Notes under the pieces: generated by a model
Seen by the model: only the letters and a program-made list of their open reading frames with translations
Database searches by the model: none
Told to the model about the DNA's origin: nothing
Assembly (NCBI GenBank): GCA_045863235.1
Contig: BTUM01000019.1
Span: 32,001-96,000 of the forward strand
Reading direction: 5' to 3'
Length of the DNA: 64,000 bases
Source of the DNA: Candidatus Xenobia bacterium
GTDB lineage: Bacteria > Vulcanimicrobiota > Xenobia > Xenobiales > QWHO01
Program-made: the position numbers and the translations under genes
Part shown: positions 1-7,890 of the stretch, piece after piece
How the letters are laid out: each line of letters starts with the position of its first letter
Numbering within the stretch: position 1 is the stretch's first letter

Positions 1-157
1 GGCGCGGTCCAACCAGCGGTAGCACGCCCTGATAAGCGGCTCCCTGACCCACCGTGGGCATGGCCTCAGCCTCGACCCGATTCAGACGCGATCCGATCAA
101 GCTGGCGATCGCATCCTCGCCGGCGCCGTTGGAGATGAACAGCACCCGGGGGCGCAT
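1..157 (-). CDS. Lipid-A-disaccharide synthase-related glycosyltransferase (5' part; runs off window start)
   Basis: Read manually from ATG at 157: MRPRVLFISNGAGEDAIASLIG...PTVGQGAAY...LVGP. This resembles the SNGxGED N-terminus of cyanobacterial LpxB-related proteins. The ATG directly follows the TGA of the upstream gene. Confidence 0.65.
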   Translation of the reverse strand, partial: MRPRVLFISNGAGEDAIASLIGSRLNRVEAEAMPTVGQGAAYQGVLPLVGPR

Positions 158-877
158 TCAGGCCACCAGGGCTGGGGAGTGTAACCGATACTCCAGTTGC
201 CCTGACCCCAGACGCAACTCGGCCAAATAACGGCTGTGGCTCCCGGCCTGCACGATGGGTACTCCCCCCACCCGATGAGGCTCTTCCAGCACGGTGTGGC
301 TGTGGGCGCCTAAAATCAGGTCGACTCGGGGCAGTCGGGGCGCGATCCGGCAGTCCACCTCAAATCCCAGATGGGAAAGGAGCAAGACCAGGTCGCAACG
401 CGGGCGCATCTCCTCCACCAACTGGGGCAGACAATCCTCGGGCTGAAAGAATCGTAGCCCGAAAAGGCGTTCCCACAGCGAGCCATGGGGATACTGCACC
501 ACCGTGGCCCCGATCAGCCCCACTTTCAAATCCTCGACCTGAAACTCCAGCACCGATTGCCACAGATCGTGATGGGCGTTTCGCAGGTCGATCAGGTTGG
601 CGGCCAGCAAAGGAAAACGACGCTGGTCTCGACGCCAGCCCATCACCCGGCGCAGGTAATGGAGTTCGCGATTGCCCATGGCCATGGCGGCGAAGCCCAG
701 CTCGCGCATCTGATCGAGGACCGGCTCATGACGCCGGTACACAGTGTTGGAGCCGCAGAGGGCATCGCCCCCATCCAGCAGCAGGGTGCGGGCGTCGCGC
801 GGCTGGCGAGCCAGCAGGTCCAGACTGGCCGTCCGGCCATGCATGTCGTTGGTGTAGAGCAGCCTCAGGTCGGCCAC
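158..877 (-). CDS. Calcineurin-like metallophosphoesterase (5'-nucleotidase/UshA N-terminal domain only, no signal peptide)
   Basis: Motifs YTNDMHG, LDGGD, MGNRE, LSHLG, GAHSH. GTG at 877, just after the upstream stop, is the likely start (ORF track extends to 937). Confidence 0.8.
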   Translation of the reverse strand: MADLRLLYTNDMHGRTASLDLLARQPRDARTLLLDGGDALCGSNTVYRRHEPVLDQMRELGFAAMAMGNRELHYLRRVMGWRRDQRRFPLLAANLIDLRNAHHDLWQSVLEFQVEDLKVGLIGATVVQYPHGSLWERLFGLRFFQPEDCLPQLVEEMRPRCDLVLLLSHLGFEVDCRIAPRLPRVDLILGAHSHTVLEEPHRVGGVPIVQAGSHSRYLAELRLGSGQLEYRLHSPALVA

Positions 878-878
878 A

Positions 879-1382
879 TCAACCCCGGGAGAGCTTTCCG
901 AGCACCAGGGGGAGTGAGGATCCGAGCAACCAGCCAACGGCCGCGCCCAGAAACGACCCCGTAACTTGATACAGAGCCCAGCAACCGAGCGCCCCGCCGG
1001 CCCAATTCATGACGAAAGCCAGAGGGGAGAGAAAGATGGAGAAGCCCAGCGCCCCCCCCAGAAGTCCTCCCCCCAACCCCGACAGGGCGCCCGCTCCCAG
1101 GTTCAGCAGGCGACTCCCCAATACTGCCCCCTCCCAGGAGGCCAGGGCAAGCCCGGTCAGGGCGGGGGGAGCAGGCGGATTGAGATTGGCGCCGGTCAAG
1201 AAGGCAGCGAGAAACCCGCACAGACCGAATCCCACGATGGAAAGCAAGCGCTGGCCGGGGGTGATGCCGGGAGATCCGGCGGGCTGGTCCTGAACGCCTC
1301 CAATAGGGGCGTCCTCCTGCTCCTGGCCATCCTGTGCCAGTTGGGCTTCGAGCTCCTTGCGCTTGCGTTTCTTCTTGCTCAC
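879..1382 (-). CDS. Hypothetical membrane protein
   Basis: Basic N-terminus MSKKKRKRK followed by several Gly-rich hydrophobic helices; GTGA overlap with the upstream gene. Confidence 0.6.
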   Translation of the reverse strand: MSKKKRKRKELEAQLAQDGQEQEDAPIGGVQDQPAGSPGITPGQRLLSIVGFGLCGFLAAFLTGANLNPPAPPALTGLALASWEGAVLGSRLLNLGAGALSGLGGGLLGGALGFSIFLSPLAFVMNWAGGALGCWALYQVTGSFLGAAVGWLLGSSLPLVLGKLSRG

Positions 1383-1963
1383 AGCACTGTCCCTGTCAAG
1401 CGCAGCTTCCAGAGCAGGATGCTCCAGGCCACGGTCAACCAGGCGAAGGTCGACCACTCAAAACGTAGAGCCGTCTTGAGGCAGAAGGTGCCTTCCCCGC
1501 CGGACCAGCCGGTCAGGCGAGGCAGCAGGGCCGGCACGCTCCGGCAATACTGCTCATAGGTCTCGCCAAACTGCTTGCGCAAGAAGCCCTCTTCCAGCGG
1601 GATGATGGTCGTGTAGATGCCCGTGTGAATGCCAACCGCCGCCAGGAAGACCCAGGGACCCACCGAGCCCATGCCGGCTGTGGCCGCCAGGGCCACCCCG
1701 GCCCCGTTGAGCAGGTTGCCCAGATAGAGGGGATTGCGTAGATAGGAGTACGGCCCGGCGGTGATCAACCGGGGCGCGTCGAGGTACTGCCGGCGAGTGG
1801 GAAGCCCGGTGTAGCCCAGGGCCCACAGCCGGAGAAGCTCGCCCATGAAAGCCAGGCAGGCGCCCAGCATCAGGCCGGTCGGGCTGGGGCGGCTGTAGTA
1901 GAGCACCAGCACGCCGGTGACTCCGGCCAGGGCTCCTCTCCAACGAAACACAAATTCACGCAT
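1379..1963 (-). CDS. Isoprenylcysteine carboxyl methyltransferase (ICMT/PEMT)-family membrane methyltransferase, LmtA-like
   Basis: GELLRLWA, LITAGPYSYLRNPLYLGN, EEGFLRKQFGETYEQYCRSVP are ICMT-family motifs; ATG at 1963 overlaps the upstream gene end. Confidence 0.85.
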   Translation of the reverse strand: MREFVFRWRGALAGVTGVLVLYYSRPSPTGLMLGACLAFMGELLRLWALGYTGLPTRRQYLDAPRLITAGPYSYLRNPLYLGNLLNGAGVALAATAGMGSVGPWVFLAAVGIHTGIYTTIIPLEEGFLRKQFGETYEQYCRSVPALLPRLTGWSGGEGTFCLKTALRFEWSTFAWLTVAWSILLWKLRLTGTVL

Positions 1964-3185
1964 ACTGCTTTGCCAGGGGCAGACCGAGGGTCTCGAGAAT
2001 TTGGTCCGCCAGCCTTTCCCCCGCACCCGGAGCTCCCATCAGAACGCGCAACTCGCGGGAGAGCTGCGCGCGACGCTCGGAATCTCGAGCCAACTCCTCC
2101 AGAACGCTTATCAACGGCTCCAGAGAATCCTGCAAGAGCACCTCGGGAACCAGCTTGCGCCCGGCCCTGAGGTTCGGTTGCGCCACACCGTGGGGAAACC
2201 TCAAATACTCCCTCAGCCGGAGCTGTTCCTTCCAGGCTCCGAGAGGCATCAGGTCGAGCAGCCCCCCCAGGCCTCCGCGCGGGAGCGGAGCGCGAGTCGA
2301 TAGAACCAGCACCATCGGGCATCCTGCGCAGGCGAGCTCAGCCGTATTCGTGCCCGGGATGGTCAGGGCCAGATCGAGCGCTCCCATCGACTGGTGGGGC
2401 CTGCCCTGGGTCAGTGCGATCTCCAGGCCGGCGCGAGTTCTCAGGCTCTTCAGACCGAACTGGCCCGAGCTGCGCTCCAGTCCCAGGTCGATGGGGTGGT
2501 CCAGTGCCTGTTGGGCGGCCGCCAGGCTGACGAAGGGCGAAAGAACCAGCAAGAACTGGAACTCCGGGTGGCTGCTGGTGAGCTTCTCAGCAACGCGCAA
2601 AAAGAGCGGCAGAGCGGCCCGCAGATGGACTGCGCGCGAGCCCGGGAAAAGTCCCAGCACGGGCCGGTCCATTGCCAGGCCCAGCGCCTGGCGCGCACCC
2701 TCCCGACTCTCGGGCAGGGACACACCGTCCACCATCAGGTTGCCCACGCAAACGATGCGCTGAGGGGCTACCCCGCGCGCGACCAGGGGGGCGACCAGCT
2801 CCGGACTGGGCACGGCCACACGCTGGAAAGCGCGGGCCTGACGGCTTGGGCGCACCGAGTAGGCCAGACCGGGCACGCCCCAGAGGTGGGCCAGACGGCC
2901 GGCCTGCCACAACTCTCCGCCCAGGAAGACGACAATGGCCTGCCTGGAAGGCCGGAAACCAGACATCCCCAGCAACAGGCGCAGAGTCTCTCGGGGAGCC
3001 AGGACGCTGGTCAAGCCAGGCAACTGGCCAGCATACTCCATTTCGCGACCGCTGGCATAAGGACAGGGAACCAGGGCCACGTGCAGACGAAGATCGCTCT
3101 GGCGAGCCAGCAGGGCCTGGCTGGTGACGCGCACCCACGAGGAGAGCTCGCCCGGCGAATTCGAGGTCATGATGATGTCGGGCAT
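1956..3185 (-). CDS. LpxB-like GT-B glycosyltransferase (second lipid-A-disaccharide synthase paralogue)
   Basis: SNSPGELSSWV, VFLGG, VGNLMVD, LFPGSR, PGTNTAELA, PNLRAG..LVPE; same fold motifs as LpxB. Confidence 0.75.
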   Translation of the reverse strand: MPDIIMTSNSPGELSSWVRVTSQALLARQSDLRLHVALVPCPYASGREMEYAGQLPGLTSVLAPRETLRLLLGMSGFRPSRQAIVVFLGGELWQAGRLAHLWGVPGLAYSVRPSRQARAFQRVAVPSPELVAPLVARGVAPQRIVCVGNLMVDGVSLPESREGARQALGLAMDRPVLGLFPGSRAVHLRAALPLFLRVAEKLTSSHPEFQFLLVLSPFVSLAAAQQALDHPIDLGLERSSGQFGLKSLRTRAGLEIALTQGRPHQSMGALDLALTIPGTNTAELACAGCPMVLVLSTRAPLPRGGLGGLLDLMPLGAWKEQLRLREYLRFPHGVAQPNLRAGRKLVPEVLLQDSLEPLISVLEELARDSERRAQLSRELRVLMGAPGAGERLADQILETLGLPLAKQYA

Positions 3186-3247
3186 CGCGAGCAATGTAGT
3201 GCATTTGCGGCCGCTTGTCGACCAGGCCCCAGCAGCTCCTCGCGGAA

Positions 3248-3266
3248 TTCTGCATCACTCCGCCAG
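3248..3266. repeat. Degenerate half-copy of the TAGCAGAGTGATGCAA palindromic repeat
   Basis: TTCTGCATCACTCCGCCAG resembles TTTTGCATCACTCTGCTAG at 46812-46830; intergenic. Confidence 0.4.
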
Positions 3267-3328
3267 CAGTCCGGCTATCTTCGGAGGTGCTAGGGCATTG
3301 GCGCGGCGCCCCTACAGTGCTGAGCAGG

Positions 3329-4492
3329 TCAACGCGCGGGACTGTATCGACTCTGCAGGAGCCCTTCGACGTGGTCAGCCACCCGGCCGATCACTCCTGG
3401 CTCACCCACCGAGGCCCGGGCCCGATCCAGGCACTCCAGCATGCGCTCGCGCTCCGGTCCCTCCTCAAAGAGCCGGATGGCCTCACGGACCAGGTTCTCG
3501 GGGGTGGCCGTGGTCTGCAAGAACTCCGGCATCACGTCCTCGTCGAGCACCAGGTTGACCAGGCCGAAACGGTCCACCCGCATCAGCTTGAGGCGGCGCA
3601 GCAACCGATAGAGGGCCCAGTCGAAAGAGCTGCCTTTATAGAAAACCACGTGGGGAATGCGCAGGAGAGCCGCCTCCAGGCTGGCCGTTCCGCTGGTAAT
3701 CAGGGCCACGCGCGAAGCGGCCAGAGCCTCCCTCGCCTGGCCCTGCAAGACGTGAAGATAGGGCGGCGTGGTGCCCAATTGCCGGGCCAGAAACGGCGCC
3801 AGCCGGGGGGTGGCGCAGGGGATCAGGAACTTCACGTCCGGATAGCGCTGACGCAACAGAGCGGCCGCCTCGAGCAATACCGGAGTCAGATAGCGCAGTT
3901 CCTGGATGCGGCTCCCGGGTAGCAACGCGACATAGCGGCCGGGCTTCAGTCCCAGGGCCTGCTGGGCCTGTTCCAGCGGTCGGGGGGGACCGATGATATC
4001 CACCAGCGGATGGCCGAAAAAGCCAACCTCCAGACCGTTCTTGCGGTACTGCTCGGCATTGAAGCGAAAGGCCGTCACCACGCTGGTAACCCGCTGGTGG
4101 ATCTGGTGAAGTCTCTTTGAGCTGCGGGTCCACTGAGAAGGCGGGAAGTAATACATCGTCCTGATCCCGTGCCGCTGTGCAAACCCCGCCAACCGGTAGT
4201 GGGCGGCCGGACTGTCGATCACGATCAGCAGGTCAGGGCGCACCTCGAGCAGCAGTTTGCGCATCTTCCGGTAGGCAAGCAGCAAGGTGGGGATCAGCCC
4301 GATGGCGGCGCTCGGACCGATCACGCCCCAACCGGTGCTGTCGATGAAAACCTCGACTCCGGCCGCCCTCATGGAGTGTCCTCCCGCACCGAGAATGCGC
4401 ATCTGGGGGTGACGACGCTTCAATTCGGCGGCCAGAGCGGCGGCCTGCAGATCGCCCGAAGGCTCGGCCGTGCTGATGACCAGCGTGCTCAC
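3329..4492 (-). CDS. lpxB: Lipid-A-disaccharide synthase
   Basis: STAEPSGD, IDSP, YYFPPSQW, GHPLVD, LLPGSR, SGTASLE, VMPEFLQ; follows lpxA. Confidence 0.93.
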   Translation of the reverse strand: MSTLVISTAEPSGDLQAAALAAELKRRHPQMRILGAGGHSMRAAGVEVFIDSTGWGVIGPSAAIGLIPTLLLAYRKMRKLLLEVRPDLLIVIDSPAAHYRLAGFAQRHGIRTMYYFPPSQWTRSSKRLHQIHQRVTSVVTAFRFNAEQYRKNGLEVGFFGHPLVDIIGPPRPLEQAQQALGLKPGRYVALLPGSRIQELRYLTPVLLEAAALLRQRYPDVKFLIPCATPRLAPFLARQLGTTPPYLHVLQGQAREALAASRVALITSGTASLEAALLRIPHVVFYKGSSFDWALYRLLRRLKLMRVDRFGLVNLVLDEDVMPEFLQTTATPENLVREAIRLFEEGPERERMLECLDRARASVGEPGVIGRVADHVEGLLQSRYSPAR

Positions 4493-4620
4493 GGGCTTGA
4501 GGAGAAGGTGAGAGTGACCATCCCGCGCCTTGACCCGGGCTGAATTTGCACGCGCGCGACTGGGGACAATCTGTTGAACGACGCCGCGCCAATTCCTGAA
4601 GGGGTCAACGCACGGCGCCT

Positions 4621-5445
4621 TTAGACCCCGGCGGCTTCGGCCGCCAGAGTGCGGCCGTTGATGCCCTGACCCTCGCGGCGAATGCAGACGCCCTGTCGGG
4701 AGGGGTTCTCGAGGAATCGGATCAGGTGCCCGGTTTCGTTATTGGAAGGAATGGTACGGCGCATGGCATCGACGGCCTGGGACAAATTGAGGCCCGAACG
4801 CAGCATCAACTGGTAGCACCGTTTGAGGTCGTGGCGCACCTCGCGGGGGATCCCTCGTCGCTGCATACCGCGGATGTTCATCCCGTAAATGCGGGCCGGT
4901 TGCCCGTCTACCAGAGAGAAGGGGGGCACGTCCTGGATGACCTTGGCCAGGCCGCCCACCATGGCCAGTCGGCCGATGCGAACGAACTGGTGGAAGCCAC
5001 TCATTCCCCCGAGCACGGCCTGATCTTCCACGTCCACGTGGCCGGCCAGTCCAACCGAGTTGGCGATGACGATCTGGTTGCCCAGCGTGCAGTTATGAGC
5101 CACGTGCGTATAGGCCATAATCAGGTTGTCGTCGCCGATGGAGGTGACGCCCTCGGGCTCATAGGCGCGATGAATGGTGACATACTCACGGATGATGTTG
5201 CGGTCGCCCAGGCGAGTATACGCACGGTCGCCACTGTAGCGAAGGTCTTGAGGAGCCACCCCGATGACCGCACCGGGCCAGATCTCGTTCTCCTGGCCGA
5301 TCTCGGTCCACTCCCCGATCACGACCGAGGAGTGGATGCGGGTGCCACGACCGACCTTCACGTTGGCGGATACAATGGAGAACGGACCCACCTCGACGTC
5401 TTCGCCAAGTTGGGCCCCCGGATCGACAATTGCCGAGGGATGCAC
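4621..5445 (-). CDS. lpxA: Acyl-ACP--UDP-N-acetylglucosamine O-acyltransferase
   Basis: Hexapeptide repeats, PQDL, IREYVTIHR, AYTHVAHNC (catalytic His), HQFVRIG, QDVPPF. Start may be CTG at 5454. Confidence 0.95.
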   Translation of the reverse strand: MHPSAIVDPGAQLGEDVEVGPFSIVSANVKVGRGTRIHSSVVIGEWTEIGQENEIWPGAVIGVAPQDLRYSGDRAYTRLGDRNIIREYVTIHRAYEPEGVTSIGDDNLIMAYTHVAHNCTLGNQIVIANSVGLAGHVDVEDQAVLGGMSGFHQFVRIGRLAMVGGLAKVIQDVPPFSLVDGQPARIYGMNIRGMQRRGIPREVRHDLKRCYQLMLRSGLNLSQAVDAMRRTIPSNNETGHLIRFLENPSRQGVCIRREGQGINGRTLAAEAAGV

Positions 5446-5473
5446 TCTAGTCAGAGCAGCGCCACTCCTCTCG

Positions 5474-6445
5474 CTAACCCGCTAACGCGATCAAATCTTT
5501 CGGCAGCGGAGCCTTGGACTTGACGATTTTCATTCGGGCCAGAACCTGCATTGCAAGCTCAAGTGCTCGTTTGCCATCCTCGCCGGTCACCAGCGGGGTT
5601 TTGTGGGTGGCCACGCAGTCGGCAAAGTGACTCAATTCGAGGCGAAGCGGCTCTTTCTTCTCAAGCTGGACAAACTCGGGAGCCATCGGATAACCGTTGG
5701 AGGGTGGGCGCAGAATGGACAAATTCTGGTTGATGAAGTCGAGGCAGAGTGTCCGGCCCGAGTCTTCGGTGACCTTCAGTTGACGCAACCGCTCTCCGCT
5801 TACCCGGCTGGCCATCAGGCTGGCGGCGGTTCCGTTCTTGAAGAGCAGATGCACCTGGGCGATGTCCTCGAAGTCGGAGTAGACGGACACGCCCACCGCA
5901 TTGATCTCCACCACGGGCGAATTGACCAGGTTGATGAGGATATCCAGGTCGTGGATCATGAGGTCCCAGACAACCCCCACGTCGAGGTTCCGGTTGGTCG
6001 GGTAGGAGAGTCGGTGCGACTCGAGGTGAATGGGCCGACCCAGGACTTCGCGCAGTTTGCCCACCGCAGGATTGAAGCGCTCCAGGTGGCCCACCTGAAG
6101 CACCAGGTTGCGCTTCTTGGCGTAGTCCACCAGGCGCTTGGCCTGAATCAGATCCACGGTGATGGGTTTCTCCACCAGAACGTGAATGTCGCGAGCCAGA
6201 AACTCCATGGCCAGCTCGTAATGAAAGATGGTGGGGGCAACGATGTTCACGGCTTCGACCCGCTCGAACAGGTCGCGGTAGCTGTTGAAGAACTGGGTAT
6301 GAAACCGGTCCGAGCAGATGCGACCGCGGGCCTCGTTGACATCGACGACGCCGACCAGCTCGGTCTGGGGAAGCTCGGAATAGACCCGGGCATGGTGCAC
6401 GCCCATGTTCCCGATGCCCACCACTCCCACTTTGACCGGTTCCAA
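5474..6445 (-). CDS. Gfo/Idh/MocA NAD-dependent oxidoreductase, GnnA-like (candidate UDP-GlcNAc 3-dehydrogenase)
   Basis: GVVGIGNMG, VLVEKP, GHLERFNP, DLMIHDLD; TTG at 6445 with AGGAGG SD; lies between fabZ and lpxA. Confidence 0.85.
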   Translation of the reverse strand: MEPVKVGVVGIGNMGVHHARVYSELPQTELVGVVDVNEARGRICSDRFHTQFFNSYRDLFERVEAVNIVAPTIFHYELAMEFLARDIHVLVEKPITVDLIQAKRLVDYAKKRNLVLQVGHLERFNPAVGKLREVLGRPIHLESHRLSYPTNRNLDVGVVWDLMIHDLDILINLVNSPVVEINAVGVSVYSDFEDIAQVHLLFKNGTAASLMASRVSGERLRQLKVTEDSGRTLCLDFINQNLSILRPPSNGYPMAPEFVQLEKKEPLRLELSHFADCVATHKTPLVTGEDGKRALELAMQVLARMKIVKSKAPLPKDLIALAG

Positions 6446-6584
6446 GACTTTGCGCCTCCTTCGTCCTGAGGCCCCGCTCCTCAACGGCGAATCCCTTGCC
6501 ACTCGCGGGAGTGCCCCGCAAGATCTGCTGGTCGAGTATTTCCCAAAACTTCGCCGGATGCCAGGGAGATCCTGTTAAAATCCT

Positions 6585-7064
6585 TCACGATTTTGTGACC
6601 GTTCCGCCATCCAGGGCGCCTGGAGAAAGCCCTGCTCCGACACTCACGGGCACGGTCTGGGAATTTGAATGCGCTTCCAGAGTAAAATCGCCCTGCATGG
6701 CCGTCTTCTCTTCAACCAGCGCCTGACACCGCAGCCGATAGCGCTCTCCTTCCCGTTCAAGCAACTCGACCTGCAGGTCGAGTCGGTCGCCCGGAACGAC
6801 CTGGCGCCGGAATTTCAGGCGCTCGATGCGCACCACTCGAAAGCCACGGCCCAGGAAGATCCAGGCCAATTGCAGCAGGCTCTCGATTTGCAGCACCCCG
6901 GGCATAACCGGAAAGTGCGGAAAATGGCCCCGAAAGTACGGCTCATTGATGGTGACGTTCTTGTAGCCGGTAGCGCGTTTCTCGTCAAGCTCCAGAACCC
7001 GATCCAAGAGCAGGCATGGGTAACGGTGGGGCAACCTCTTCCTGATTTCGCTCATCTCCAACAT
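6585..7064 (-). CDS. fabZ: 3-hydroxyacyl-ACP dehydratase
   Basis: LPHRYP.LLLDRV, NEPYF.GHFP..PVMPGVLQIE, KFRRQVVPGD; AAGGAGG SD. Confidence 0.92.
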   Translation of the reverse strand: MLEMSEIRKRLPHRYPCLLLDRVLELDEKRATGYKNVTINEPYFRGHFPHFPVMPGVLQIESLLQLAWIFLGRGFRVVRIERLKFRRQVVPGDRLDLQVELLEREGERYRLRCQALVEEKTAMQGDFTLEAHSNSQTVPVSVGAGLSPGALDGGTVTKS

Positions 7065-7890
7065 CGGTCGGGTCCTCCTTCAGTACTTTGCCCACCAACT
7101 CGACATGCAAGCGGTGGCCGGCCTTGACCGCCACCACCCGGGCCATCAGATCGCATCCAAGCAGTGCCAGATCCCCCACCAGGTCAAGACACTTGTGACG
7201 CACGGGCTCGTCGGGAAAACGAAGCTCTGAGGTGTAGCCGTCGGAACGGATCACCAGAGCGTTGGACAGATCTCCCCCCCTGGCCAGACCCCTCTCGAGC
7301 AGGGCCTCGACCTCCTCCATGAAGCCATAGGTGCGAGCCGCAGCCAATCCTGAGAGGAAGCTCTCCGGGGTAGGCGTGTGATGAACCTGCTGGTAGGTGA
7401 TCATCGGATGCTGATAATGCAGCGAATACTCCAGCCGCGCCTCGGCCGCAGGCAGAGCCAGCACCAGGGCGTTCTCGTCGCCCACCCAGAGAGGTCGCGT
7501 CAGCACGTGCCGGCAGGCGGGCCGCTCCTGGCCAACGACGCCGACGGCCAGAAAGGCCTCCGCGAACGGCAGAGCAGAGCCGTCCAGAATGGGCACCTCA
7601 GGGCCCTCGATCAAGATGCGGAGGTTGTCGAGTCGAAGACCCGCGCAGGCGGCCAGCAAATGCTCGACGGTGCTGACCGAAACCCCCCCGGCCGAGAGCA
7701 CGGTGCAGCGCTCGACTGAGCTCACCCGGGCGTGCAAGGCGGGGATCTCCTGACCGTGACGAACGAACACCCGACCGGAGTCGACGGGAGCCGGCAGTAC
7801 TTCAACCCGGGCCAACTGGCCCAGGTGAATGCCCACCCCCTCGAAGCGCACCGGGGCAGCCAGTGTTTGCTGGGGCCTGCTCACTTCCAT
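6985..7890 (-). CDS. lpxC: UDP-3-O-acyl-N-acetylglucosamine deacetylase
   Basis: QQTL, GVGIH.G, TVEHLLAA, EVPILDGSA, ARTYGF, RHKCLDLVGDL, GHRLH. Confidence 0.95.
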   Translation of the reverse strand: MEVSRPQQTLAAPVRFEGVGIHLGQLARVEVLPAPVDSGRVFVRHGQEIPALHARVSSVERCTVLSAGGVSVSTVEHLLAACAGLRLDNLRILIEGPEVPILDGSALPFAEAFLAVGVVGQERPACRHVLTRPLWVGDENALVLALPAAEARLEYSLHYQHPMITYQQVHHTPTPESFLSGLAAARTYGFMEEVEALLERGLARGGDLSNALVIRSDGYTSELRFPDEPVRHKCLDLVGDLALLGCDLMARVVAVKAGHRLHVELVGKVLKEDPTDVGDERNQEEVAPPLPMPALGSGSGA

